The translations under genes and the position numbers were made by a program. Below are positions 18,655 through 29,700 of a DNA stretch of 64,000 bases, in pieces. The notes beneath the pieces were generated by a model, which saw only the letters and a program-made list of their open reading frames with translations, made no database searches and was not told the DNA's origin. Origin of the DNA: Oscillospiraceae bacterium (lineage in GTDB: Bacteria > Bacillota > Clostridia > Oscillospirales > Oscillospiraceae); the NCBI GenBank assembly GCA_017437095.1, contig JAFSBW010000071.1, positions 322-64,321 on the forward strand, read 5' to 3'. Position 1 is the first letter of the stretch, and each line of letters opens with the position of its first letter.

Positions 18655-19128
18655 ATGAGAAAACGAGTTAGCGAATCTCGCACTGAGCAGGTGCAGATCC
18701 TCTCCCAGGCTACCCTCAACGGCTACAAGCGGCTCTTTGGCGGCAAGCTGATGGAATGGATCGACATTGTGGCGGCGGTTACTGCCCGGCGGCATTCCGG
18801 CTGCAATGTTACCACCGCTGCTGTGGATTCCCTGGAATTTACCTCCGCCGCCTACGCCAACGACACTCTGGTGCTTATCGGCACGGTGACCTATGTAGGC
18901 AGAACTTCTATGGAGGTTTGCGTAAAAACCTATGTAGAAGAGCTGAGCGGAAAGCGGCGGCTGATCAACAACGCCTATGTGATCATGGTCGCCCTGGACG
19001 AAAACGAGCGCCCCGCCCCTGTGCCCGGGCTGATCTGCGAAACGGAAGAAGAGCGCCGGCAATGGCAGCTGGGCAAGCTGCGCAACGAAGCCAGAAAGCA
19101 GCGCAGGAATATGCTGCAGCAGGGCTGA
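18655..19128 (+). CDS. Acyl-CoA thioesterase, hotdog fold (YciA-like)
   Basis: NGYKRLFGGKLMEWID, VTTAAVD, VGRTSMEV, MVALDENERPAPVP. Confidence 0.93.
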   Translation: MRKRVSESRTEQVQILSQATLNGYKRLFGGKLMEWIDIVAAVTARRHSGCNVTTAAVDSLEFTSAAYANDTLVLIGTVTYVGRTSMEVCVKTYVEELSGKRRLINNAYVIMVALDENERPAPVPGLICETEEERRQWQLGKLRNEARKQRRNMLQQG

Positions 19129-19173
19129 AGCTACCCCTATCCCCGGAGCTGATTGCAAAATATTTGAAACGAT

Positions 19174-19202
19174 AACCCGCCGGGCTTTTTTCGGCGGGTT
19201 TT
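19174..19202 (+). terminator. Terminator after thioesterase
   Basis: AACCCGCCG/CGGCGGGTT stem followed by Ts. Confidence 0.75.
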
Positions 19203-19298
19203 CTTTAAACGATCCGTTTCAGGAAAATGCGGCAACCGAAAATATCTTAAAACGAATTGTTATTGGTACTCTAAGGAAATCTCAATTTTGCTCGAACA

Positions 19299-19412
19299 AA
19301 GTGTAAGAACAAGAGCAAGAATAAGAAAGAGAATGAGTATGAGTAAAAGTATGAGTAAGAGTATGAGTAAAAGTATGAGTAAGAGTATGAGTTAAAGTCA
19401 GAGGCTGAGAAA
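19299..19412 (+). repeat. Hexamer-periodic RAG-NNN tract with five 12-bp units (AGTATGAGT(A/T)AR)
   Basis: AAG or GAG every 6 nt from 19299 to 19409 (19 units); the 12-mer is repeated at 19336-19395. Confidence 0.9.
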
Positions 19413-19428
19413 GAAATAAATAAATCAT

Positions 19429-19460
19429 GAGGAAAGGGAGCGAAGGCGCTCCCTTTCTTT
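19429..19460 (+). terminator. Terminator-like hairpin after the RAG tract
   Basis: GAAAGGGAGCG/CGCTCCCTTTC followed by TTT. Confidence 0.7.
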
Positions 19461-19576
19461 GGCTGTGTGCGCGTGTGCATAGAGATCATTTTTTGTTTTG
19501 TTGAAAATGAACACAAAGGCTTCTCATTTCGGCAAAAAGAATAGCTATATTTTTTTAAAAATATAGCATATAGCCC

Positions 19577-19605
19577 TTGACTTTCTCACTTTATTGAGCT
19601 ATAAT
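19577..19605 (+). promoter_or_regulatory. Near-consensus sigmaA promoter with no credible downstream CDS
   Basis: TTGACT-17 bp-TATAAT with an AT-rich UP-like region upstream. Confidence 0.8.
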
Positions 19606-19611
19606 AAAAGC

Positions 19612-19871
19612 ACAGTAGAACATCTGTTCGCTCTGCAAAAAAGCCAACTGTCTTCCGGGAATGGGGCAGCCCGGAATCGGATTGGCTGGATCTTGCTGAC
19701 AGCGGGTATCGGCACGGGGGCTTTGCCACGCCATTGACCGGGGGGCTTAATGGCGGCAGCAAGAGCAGCGCCGGGGCTTTTATCCTGCCGGGGGCTTGGG
19801 CAGCTACCCCGGCGGGACGAATATCCTCGGCAGGGCAAAGCAAAACCCACCCCGGGAAAGGGTGGGTTTTT
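19612..19871 (+). ncRNA. Candidate structured non-coding RNA (~260 nt), family not recognised
   Basis: Bounded by a promoter and a terminator; several nested stems; repeated CGGGG(G)(G)CTT motif; no credible ORF. Confidence 0.6.
19842..19871. terminator. Bidirectional terminator (atp operon and candidate ncRNA)
   Basis: AAAACCCACCC/GGGTGGGTTTT with T runs on both strands. Confidence 0.88.
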
Positions 19872-19875
19872 AAGA

Positions 19876-21698
<1,823 letters not shown>

Positions 21699-21737
21699 TC
21701 AAAATAAGGCTCCGGGAAAGTCTTTCAACGAAGCATG

Positions 21738-21811
21738 GTAGGGCGGCCGCTTGCCGCCGTGAACATATCCCGCGGGGGAATAAGCGGGCCAAAGTGGGCT
21801 TTGGCCCCTAC
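21738..21811. repeat. GTAG-type REP doublet between atpG and atpD
   Basis: GTAGGGCGGCCGCTTGCCGCCG ... CGGGCCAAAGTGGGCTTTGGCCCCTAC. Confidence 0.75.
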
Positions 21812-21839
21812 GGTTGGAGCTTCGTAAGCTTTCCCAATT

Positions 21840-22682
21840 TTAAGAGCCTGCAACGATCTCGGTAATTTCCTGGGTAATGGCTGCCTGGCGGGCCCGGTTG
21901 AACTTCAGGCTCAGGTCGGCGATCATCTCGTCGGCATTTTGGGTAGCAGAGTCCATAGCGGTGCGGCGGGCGGCCTGCTCAGAAGCACGGCTCTCGCACA
22001 GCGCGCCGTAGAGAATGCCCCCAACATACTCGGGGATGATGGCATCGAACACCTCTACAGAGCCGGGCTCGTAGAGAATATCGGAGCCGGAAGCCGCCCG
22101 GGAAGTTTCCTGGCGCAGCAGGGGCAGCATCTGCAAGGTAGCGGGCGTTTGGGACAGGACGGATACAAAGTTGGTATAGCCAACAAAGACCTCGTCAAAC
22201 TGGCCTTCCTTGTAAGCCTTGCAAACGGTTTTGGCGATGGTAAAGCAATCGCCCACGCCAATATCCTCCGCTACCATATGGTCGGCAGAGAGCATGGGCA
22301 TTTTGCGGGCCCGGAAGAAATCCACAGCCTTTTTGCCGATGGGCAGCACCGTAGCGTTCTTGCCCTGCATTTCGGCATAAACCAGCTTGAGGATGTTGCT
22401 GTTGTAGCCGCCGGCCAGGCCTCTGTCGCCGGCAATGACCACATAAAGGCTCTTCTTCACGGGGCGCTTAACCAAATACGCAGAAGTAAAATCGGAATTA
22501 TTGTCTACGATCTCATTGATGGTAGAATAGAGAATCTCAAAATAAGGGCGGGAAGACAGCACCTGGGCCTGAGCCCGGCGAAGCTTGGAGGCTGCCACCA
22601 TTTCCATGGCCTTGGTGATCTGCTTGGTGGACTCCATGCTTCGAATGCGATTCTTAATTTCCTTGGTGGAAACGCCAGCCAT
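21840..22682 (-). CDS. atpG: ATP synthase gamma subunit
   Basis: ITKAMEMVAASK, DRGLAGGYN, RQAAITQEITEIVAG. Confidence 0.98.
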   Translation of the reverse strand: MAGVSTKEIKNRIRSMESTKQITKAMEMVAASKLRRAQAQVLSSRPYFEILYSTINEIVDNNSDFTSAYLVKRPVKKSLYVVIAGDRGLAGGYNSNILKLVYAEMQGKNATVLPIGKKAVDFFRARKMPMLSADHMVAEDIGVGDCFTIAKTVCKAYKEGQFDEVFVGYTNFVSVLSQTPATLQMLPLLRQETSRAASGSDILYEPGSVEVFDAIIPEYVGGILYGALCESRASEQAARRTAMDSATQNADEMIADLSLKFNRARQAAITQEITEIVAGS

Positions 22683-22697
22683 GTTGGGCCTCCTTCC

Positions 22698-24215
22698 TTA
22701 TTCCTCGGTTACAAACTCAGCAAGCACCTGAGAAAGGGCCTGCTTCAGCAGCTCCTCAGTATCCTTTTCCAGCTTGCCGGTGCTGCGGATGGCCTCCAGC
22801 ACGCAATTATACTGGCCGCCTTCCATAAATTCTCTCAGCCGCACCTCGAAATCGGGGATGCGCTCTACCTCCAGCTTGTTCAGGTAACCGTGGGTAACGG
22901 CGTAGAGGATGCAAACCTGGTTGGCTACCTCTACAGGCGCTTCGTTCTTCTGCTTCAGCACAGCTACGATCCGCTCGCCCAGAGCCAGACGGCTCTTGGT
23001 ATCGGCGTCCAGATCGGAGCCGAACTGGGCAAAGCTCTGCAGCTCACGGTACTGAGAGTACAGCAGCTTCAAAGAGCCGGCAACCTTCTTCATGGCCTTG
23101 ATCTGAGCATCGCCGCCTACGCGGGATACGGAGATACCGGGGTTAACAGCGGGCATAACGCCGGAGTTGAACAGCTCGGTCTCCAGGAAGATCTGGCCAT
23201 CGGTGATGGAGATAACATTGGTGGGGATATAGGCAGAAACGTCGCCGGCCTGGGTCTCAATAATAGGCAGGGCCGTCAGGCTGCCGCCGCCCTTGCTGTC
23301 GTTCATGCGGGCCGCACGCTCCAGCAGGCGGGAATGGAGATAGAAGACGTCGCCGGGGTAAGCTTCCCGTCCGGGGGGACGGCGGATCAGCAGAGAAATG
23401 GCACGGTAGGCCACTGCGTGCTTACTCAGGTCGTCATAGATCACCAGAACATCCTTGCCCTGGTGCATAAAATGCTCGCCCATGGTACAGCCGGTATAGG
23501 GGGCGATGTACTGCATGGGAGCAAGCTCAGAAGCGGTAGCGGAAACTACGATGGTGTAGTTCATAGCGCCGCCCTTTTCCAGGGCCGCAACTACCTGGGC
23601 TACGGTAGAGCGCTTCTGGCCAATGGCAACATAGATACAGATAACATCCTTGCCCTTCTGGTTCAGGATGGTATCGGTAGCGATGGTGGTCTTGCCGGTC
23701 TGGCGGTCGCCAATGATCAGCTCACGCTGGCCGCGGCCGATGGGGATCATGGCGTCGATGGCCTTGATACCGGTCTGCAAGGGGGTATCCACGTGCTGCC
23801 GGTCGATAATGCCGGGGGCGGGAGATTCGATGGGCCGGAAGCCCTCGTTGGCGATCACGCCCTTGCCGTCAATAGGCTCGCCCAGGGCGTTGACGACACG
23901 GCCGATCAGCCCCGCGCCTACGGGTACGGAAACCACGCGGCCGGTGCGCTTGACGGTGTCGCCTTCTTTGATGCCGTTGTCAGTACCCAGGATAACGACG
24001 GAGACCGTCTCCTCCTCCAGGTTCTGAGCCATGCCGTAAGAGCCGTTGGGGAACTCGATAAGCTCGCCCGCCATGCACTTTTCCAGGCCGGATACACGGG
24101 CAATGCCGTCGCCCACCAGAATGACCACGCCGGTCTCGCTGGTTTGCAGCTTGTTTTCGTAGTTTTTGATCTGGCTACGAATGATTTTTGTTATTTCTTC
24201 GGGTCGTAATTCCAT
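22698..24215 (-). CDS. atpA: ATP synthase alpha subunit
   Basis: [27 protein letters not shown]; start MELRPEEI. Confidence 0.99.
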   Translation of the reverse strand: MELRPEEITKIIRSQIKNYENKLQTSETGVVILVGDGIARVSGLEKCMAGELIEFPNGSYGMAQNLEEETVSVVILGTDNGIKEGDTVKRTGRVVSVPVGAGLIGRVVNALGEPIDGKGVIANEGFRPIESPAPGIIDRQHVDTPLQTGIKAIDAMIPIGRGQRELIIGDRQTGKTTIATDTILNQKGKDVICIYVAIGQKRSTVAQVVAALEKGGAMNYTIVVSATASELAPMQYIAPYTGCTMGEHFMHQGKDVLVIYDDLSKHAVAYRAISLLIRRPPGREAYPGDVFYLHSRLLERAARMNDSKGGGSLTALPIIETQAGDVSAYIPTNVISITDGQIFLETELFNSGVMPAVNPGISVSRVGGDAQIKAMKKVAGSLKLLYSQYRELQSFAQFGSDLDADTKSRLALGERIVAVLKQKNEAPVEVANQVCILYAVTHGYLNKLEVERIPDFEVRLREFMEGGQYNCVLEAIRSTGKLEKDTEELLKQALSQVLAEFVTEE

Positions 24216-24235
24216 AGTGTCCCTGCTTTCTTCGA

Positions 24236-24775
24236 TCACAGTACAGTGTTCTTCAGCAAATTGCGGATATTATCCAGCCGGCTGGCGATGGTATCATCCA
24301 CACATTTGCCGTCATAGCTAAGGCGAACACCGCCCAAACAGCCCTCGTCTACCCGGTTGGTCAGCTCAATGGTCTTGCCGGTAATGCCGGAGAGCTTTTC
24401 CGTAAGCTTTTGCGCCTGGGCTTCGGTAAGGGGAAGGGCTGTAACTGCCTGCACAGGCAGAATGCCGTTGTCCTGATTGTAATGCTGCCGATAGGCCTCC
24501 ACGCAGCTTGCAAACTGCTTGGCGTAGCCCCGCTCGGTGAGGATCTTGATAAAATTCAGCACATAAGGCTGAACGCTGCCCCGGAGGGTGCTGTCCGCCA
24601 AAGCGCAGCGCTCCTGCTTGGGAAGATTAGGGGAGGCTAAAAGCCGCAGAAAGTCCGGCTCCTGCTGAAAAGACTCATTCAGGGCAGTGATCTCCCCTAA
24701 AATCTGCTTGTCCAGCTTTTCCTCCCGGGCCAGGTCGTACAGTGCCTGGCCGTAAACGCTGCCTACCTCTGTCAT
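24236..24775 (-). CDS. atpH: ATP synthase delta subunit
   Basis: YGQALY, LNFIKIL, CLGGV..DDTI; operon order. Confidence 0.95.
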   Translation of the reverse strand: MTEVGSVYGQALYDLAREEKLDKQILGEITALNESFQQEPDFLRLLASPNLPKQERCALADSTLRGSVQPYVLNFIKILTERGYAKQFASCVEAYRQHYNQDNGILPVQAVTALPLTEAQAQKLTEKLSGITGKTIELTNRVDEGCLGGVRLSYDGKCVDDTIASRLDNIRNLLKNTVL

Positions 24776-25272
24776 ACGCTGCCCAGCTCCTCGATAAAGC
24801 TGTCAACCAGGGCGCTGTGGTCTTCATTGCTCAGCTCCCGGCCCACAACCTTCTCCGCAATGGCCATAGCCATGCCGGAGATCTCGTCCTTGGCCTCGTT
24901 GATAGCCTTCTTCTTCTCCTGGGCGATATCCGCGCTGGCCCGCTCTTTGATGGCGGCGGCTTCCATAGAAGCCTGGCGGATGATCTCCTCTTCCCGGCCC
25001 TGGGCGCGGGCAACTGCCTCGCGGATCATACGGTCGGAAGTGGCCTGGGCGGCAGAAAGCTTTTCCTTGTATTCCTGCTCCATAGCCAGGGCGCTGTCCT
25101 TGGCCTGGCCGGCATCGGAATACAGAGTGTCGATCTCCTGCTGCCGGTCTTCGATCATTTTCAGCACCGGCCCAAACAGGAATTTTTTAGCTACCAGAAA
25201 CAGGGCAATGGTATTGGCAAGGGTCATAAGGGCGGTCCAGGGGTTTACGCCCAAAAGTTCTTCAAATCCCAC
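24772..25272 (-). CDS. atpF: ATP synthase b subunit
   Basis: N-terminal TM, KKFLFGPV..EDRQQEI, coiled-coil body. Confidence 0.95.
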   Translation of the reverse strand: MGFEELLGVNPWTALMTLANTIALFLVAKKFLFGPVLKMIEDRQQEIDTLYSDAGQAKDSALAMEQEYKEKLSAAQATSDRMIREAVARAQGREEEIIRQASMEAAAIKERASADIAQEKKKAINEAKDEISGMAMAIAEKVVGRELSNEDHSALVDSFIEELGSV

Positions 25273-25312
25273 TTGCTTTGCTCCTTTCTTACGATTCGGG
25301 AAAGCGCGCGGA

Positions 25313-25579
<267 letters not shown>

Positions 25580-25617
25580 CTAAAAATTTTATATAGTTAA
25601 TTTATGGTTTCACAAAA

Positions 25618-26523
25618 TTAAGCCTGGGCGGCTGCCTCTTCCTCGGGAGGGGGGCAAGCGCCGGAGATATAGACCATGCTCAGCAGGCTGAATACAAAAG
25701 CCTGGATAAAGCCGGAGAACAGGTCAAAGTAGCACGAAAGCACCGCGGGGATGCCAAACTGCAAGATAGGAACGCCGGAAAGGATGCCCGTATACTCCAG
25801 CAGGCCCAGCAGGCCAACCACCAGCATAACGATGCCAAAGATCTTACCGGCAAGCTTTTTCTTCTGAATGCCCCGCACCAGCAGCAAAGCGCCTACCGCC
25901 ATTACCGCCACCGCAACGATCCATGTGCCGGATACTACGCTTATCAGCGCGGCAGAGCCAAGGCTCAGGGCGGTATAGAGGATGGTAGTGATCACGCCGC
26001 CGCCGGCCACATTGCCAAAATGACGGAAGGCCATGGAGATGGGCTGGGCGATCTCGGAAATGATGTTCATAGGTGTCATGACTACGATAGGCTCGGTAAA
26101 GCCCTTGAGCCAGCCGCGAACACCGTTTGCTTTGATGGAGTTATACCAAATGATCACGCTGGTCATGATAGCCCATACCAGCGGAACGCTCAGGTCTGCC
26201 GTGGTGGAGCGCAGAAAGCCGGTAAGGCCGATGAGCGAGCCCACCAGGGAAGAAAGGAAGATGGTGCCGATATAAGGCGTCCAGTAGGCGTTGTGCGCGC
26301 CCATGGTCTCGCATACCAGGCTGTGCAGCATCATAACGCCCTTTTCCGTAAGCACCTGGAGCTTTCCCGGCCGCTTTTGCAGATTCTTGCCCAGGGTGAT
26401 AAAGCCGATCATAAGGATGGCCGTAACCACCACCAGGGAAAGCATGGTCTGGGTAACGTTGATGCCGCCAAAAATGGGAATGGTAAAGTAGATATACGCG
26501 CCGGAAACATTGATATCATTCAT
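25618..26523 (-). CDS. atpB: ATP synthase a subunit (301 aa, with insertion)
   Basis: RPGKLQ, TADL, PISMAFRHFGN, FSGFIQAFVFSLL. Confidence 0.95.
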   Translation of the reverse strand: MNDINVSGAYIYFTIPIFGGINVTQTMLSLVVVTAILMIGFITLGKNLQKRPGKLQVLTEKGVMMLHSLVCETMGAHNAYWTPYIGTIFLSSLVGSLIGLTGFLRSTTADLSVPLVWAIMTSVIIWYNSIKANGVRGWLKGFTEPIVVMTPMNIISEIAQPISMAFRHFGNVAGGGVITTILYTALSLGSAALISVVSGTWIVAVAVMAVGALLLVRGIQKKKLAGKIFGIVMLVVGLLGLLEYTGILSGVPILQFGIPAVLSCYFDLFSGFIQAFVFSLLSMVYISGACPPPEEEAAAQA

Positions 26524-26529
26524 ACAGCG

Positions 26530-26925
26530 TTAATCTCCTTTCTTTCGGAAAAACTCTGCCAGAGTAATGCTGAGCCTGGGAAACAGCAGGGGGATCACCA
26601 GGGCGTAAAGGTTGAAATAGCCGCTTTTGGCGCAGGCAAACAGCAGCACCGCCAGCACGACCATACGCACCAGATAAGAGGTTTGGATCAACGCCTGGCC
26701 GCCCTTGACATTTTGGGCCTCGGCCTTGTCCGCCGCCAGGCTTGTACCGATGGCCATAAAAAAGAAATTGCCAACCGCCAGCAAGCCCCCTGCCAGGCCG
26801 CCCAGAAGCACCTTTTGATCCAGGGCCTTGAGCAGCGCGAACACGCCGAACATAACACCCACCAGGATCACCTCGCCGATGAGTACGCTCAGGGTCTCTT
26901 TATATACGATCTTGCGGGAATCCAT
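26530..26925 (-). CDS. atpI: ATP synthase subunit I
   Basis: Four hydrophobic segments, GNFFFM and YLVRM; directly upstream of atpB. Confidence 0.85.
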   Translation of the reverse strand: MDSRKIVYKETLSVLIGEVILVGVMFGVFALLKALDQKVLLGGLAGGLLAVGNFFFMAIGTSLAADKAEAQNVKGGQALIQTSYLVRMVVLAVLLFACAKSGYFNLYALVIPLLFPRLSITLAEFFRKKGD

Positions 26926-26945
26926 AAAACAATGCCCCTCCCGTG

Positions 26946-27203
26946 TCATTTATGGTCGTTAAAGGAATCCGGGGGCTTTCTTTGCTCTTTCTTAGCCTGG
27001 GACATGCGCTCCATAGTCTTCAGCGAGCTGCGGAAGCCCTGCACCGCGCAGTAAAAGCCCAGCACAATGGCCGCCCAAATCACCCATTGGCCCCAGCCGC
27101 AGCTCTTTTGCAGCCAAACAGCCAGCAAAATCAGCGCCGCAGGGGGGCAAACCACGGAAAAACCCAGCTGGGTAAGCCAAACGATCAAGCCAAGATCTTT
27201 CAT
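26946..27203 (-). CDS. AtpZ/AtpI-family small membrane protein
   Basis: MKDLGLIVWLTQLGFSVVCPP, two TM segments, AAGGGG SD; first gene of the atp operon. Confidence 0.8.
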   Translation of the reverse strand: MKDLGLIVWLTQLGFSVVCPPAALILLAVWLQKSCGWGQWVIWAAIVLGFYCAVQGFRSSLKTMERMSQAKKEQRKPPDSFNDHK

Positions 27204-27479
27204 AGAATTACCCCTTAGCAAAATATTCCCCATTAAATCCTGGGATATTATAACCCATAATTTGCGCCGATGCAATGTATAACCTGTACAAAAAGAATTG
27301 CCATTTTTCGGTAATTTCGCCGAGCTGATATTTTTATACCGATATCCCCTTTTCCTCCCTGCCCTGCCGTGTCCCTTGGGCCGCAGCGCAAAGAAAAGGC
27401 TTCCCTTTTGGGCGTTTATATAGTATACTAGAGTTAGAAAGTATGCGCTGATGGGCCGCCGGCCGGGTAAGAGGTATGT

Positions 27480-29687
27480 ATGCAACAGGAAATGGAAATC
27501 GTACAAGGCACCGTTGGTGCCATTGTGTATCAAAATTATGATAATGGCTACGCCGTGCTGCGCCTGGTGACGGACAGCGGCCCTACCGTTACGGTGGTAG
27601 GCACCATCCCTATGCCCTGTATAGGCGAAACCTTGATGGTTACCGGCACCTGGAGCAGCCACCCCAGCTACGGCAGGCAGTTTGAAGCGGAATTTTTGGA
27701 GCGCATTTTGCCCCAAACCGCCAACCAGATCCTAACCTTCCTATCCTCCCGGGCCATTAAGGGCATCGGGCCCAAGACCGCCCAGCGGATCGTGGACCGT
27801 TTCGGCGCTCAGACCCTGGCCATTATGGAGCAGGAGCCTCAGCGCCTGGCGGAAGTTAGCGGCATCAGCGCCCTGAAGGCCATGGCCATTGGGGAAGAAT
27901 TCCGGCTGCAGGTGGGCGTAAGGCGGATCATGGAGTTTTTTACCCTGCATCAGCTGCCGGCCGACCTGGCTGTGCGCGCCTATAAGCTCTACGGGGAAAG
28001 CACCGTTGAGCTGCTGTATGATGACCCCTACCTGCTGATGGATGAAAGCCTGGACGCTCCCTTTGCCGCGGTAGACCGGTTTGCCATTGAGCTTGGGGTA
28101 AGCGCCGACGATAACCGCCGGGTAGAAGCCGGCGTGCTCTTTGAGCTGCGCTACAACCTGGGGGCAGGCCACAGCTTTTTGCCCCGAAACAAGCTTGCCA
28201 TGGCAACCGGCCAGCTTTTGAGCATCTCTTCCGATACTGCCGAGCTTGCTATCGACCGGCTGCTGGAAGCGGCTGTGCTGGAAAGCGACACCCTGGCGGG
28301 CCTGGATGTGATCTATCTTTCCCAGCTATACGAAGCCGAGACCCAAAGCGCCCAGCTTTTGCTCCGGCTGGCCGAGCATCCCCACAGCGCCCCCGGAAGC
28401 TTAGAAAAGCTGCTGGCCCGGTGCGCTAAGGACAGCGAGATCGACTATTCCCCCCAGCAGGCCGATGCCATCCGCCAGGCCGCCCAAACCGGCCTTTTGC
28501 TCATCACCGGCGGCCCCGGCACGGGCAAGACCACCATCCTCAAGGGTATCCTTTCCCTTTACGGCCAGATGGGGCTTAAGACCCTTTTGGCCGCCCCCAC
28601 CGGGCGGGCCGCCAAGCGCATCAGCGAGGTGACCGGCCGGGATGCCAGCACCATCCACCGCCTTCTGGAAGCCACCATCGACCCCCATACCGGCAAAATG
28701 TTTTTCGCCAAGGACGCTTCCTCTCCCCTGCAATGCGACGCGGTGATTGTAGACGAAATGAGCATGGTGGATATTCAGCTGCTGCATAGCCTGCTGCTGG
28801 CCATCCCCCAGGGCAAGCGGGTCATTCTGGTAGGCGACCCGGATCAGCTGCCCCCCGTAGGGCCGGGCTTCCCCTTCAGCGATTGTCTGCGCAGCGGTGT
28901 GCTTCCCTCGGTGCGGCTTACGGAGGTGTTCCGCCAGGCCCAGGAAAGCCTGATCGTTATGAACGCCCACCGGGTCAACCGTGGTGAGCTGCCCCAGCTG
29001 CGGGAGCGGAAAAAGGACTTTTTCTTCCTCCCCTGCCGCAGCGAGGAGGATGTAGCCGCTACCATTCGTGACCTTTGCCAGCGGCGGCTGCCTAACAATA
29101 TGGGCATCCCCTCCGATCAGATCCAGGTGCTTACCCCTACCCGAAAGGGCGGCGTTGGCACGGGGAGCTTAAACCAGCTGCTGCAAAGCGCCCTCAATCC
29201 CCCCTCCCCTGATAAAAAAGAGCGAAAATTTGGAGATTTTTCCTTCCGTGAGGGCGATAGGGTGATGCAAATTCGCAATAACTATGGTATAATGTGGAGT
29301 AAGCTGGATGGCTCCGGGGTTGGTACCGGGGTTTTCAACGGGGATATCGGCATCCTTACCCAGATCGACCCCTCCGCCGAAACCGTAACGGTAGTATTCG
29401 ACGATAAGCAGACCCAGTACGATTTTTCCCAGCTAAACGAATTGGAGCCTGCCTACGCCATGACGGTGCATAAAGCCCAGGGCTCGGAGTACCGGGCGGT
29501 GGTCATGAGCGTATGGGGCGGCTCTCAGTACCTTATGAACCGCAGCGTGCTGTACACCGCCATTACCAGAGCCAGAGAATTGCTGATCCTGGTGGGCCGG
29601 GAGGAAGCCGTGCAGCTTATGACCCAAAACGCAAAAGTGGGCCGCCGGTATACCGGGCTGAAGCTCCGCTTGGAAAACTATAAATAA
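27480..29687 (+). CDS. recD2: ATP-dependent RecD2 DNA helicase
   Basis: N-terminal HPSYGRQF and KGIGPKTA HhH; TGGPGTGKT, APTGRAAKR, VDEMSM, GDPDQLP, TVHKAQGSE, YTAITRA. Confidence 0.96.
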   Translation: MQQEMEIVQGTVGAIVYQNYDNGYAVLRLVTDSGPTVTVVGTIPMPCIGETLMVTGTWSSHPSYGRQFEAEFLERILPQTANQILTFLSSRAIKGIGPKTAQRIVDRFGAQTLAIMEQEPQRLAEVSGISALKAMAIGEEFRLQVGVRRIMEFFTLHQLPADLAVRAYKLYGESTVELLYDDPYLLMDESLDAPFAAVDRFAIELGVSADDNRRVEAGVLFELRYNLGAGHSFLPRNKLAMATGQLLSISSDTAELAIDRLLEAAVLESDTLAGLDVIYLSQLYEAETQSAQLLLRLAEHPHSAPGSLEKLLARCAKDSEIDYSPQQADAIRQAAQTGLLLITGGPGTGKTTILKGILSLYGQMGLKTLLAAPTGRAAKRISEVTGRDASTIHRLLEATIDPHTGKMFFAKDASSPLQCDAVIVDEMSMVDIQLLHSLLLAIPQGKRVILVGDPDQLPPVGPGFPFSDCLRSGVLPSVRLTEVFRQAQESLIVMNAHRVNRGELPQLRERKKDFFFLPCRSEEDVAATIRDLCQRRLPNNMGIPSDQIQVLTPTRKGGVGTGSLNQLLQSALNPPSPDKKERKFGDFSFREGDRVMQIRNNYGIMWSKLDGSGVGTGVFNGDIGILTQIDPSAETVTVVFDDKQTQYDFSQLNELEPAYAMTVHKAQGSEYRAVVMSVWGGSQYLMNRSVLYTAITRARELLILVGREEAVQLMTQNAKVGRRYTGLKLRLENYK

Positions 29688-29700
29688 TTAGGTGATACTT

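Noticed and set aside
19336-19395. Possible CRISPR array or classical TRAP site
   Set aside because: Units are contiguous 12-mers without unique spacers and no cas genes are present; TRAP sites typically have 2-nt spacers and precede trp-related genes.
19271-19516. 81-aa minus-strand ORF with YSYSYF repeats
   Set aside because: By-product of the hexamer repeat; no SD, and it crosses a terminator-like hairpin.
19612-19871. Identification as SRP RNA, tmRNA, RNase P RNA or tRNA
   Set aside because: Lacks the SRP CAGG..GGAAGCAG loop, the RNase P GAGGAAAGTCC motif, tmRNA/tRNA-like ends and a T-loop; 6S is not favoured because the fold is multi-hairpin, but only a covariance search can exclude it.
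26946-27716. 256-aa ORF upstream of atpI
   Set aside because: Only the last 85 codons (from ATG 27203) look real; the extension overlaps the promoter region and recD2.
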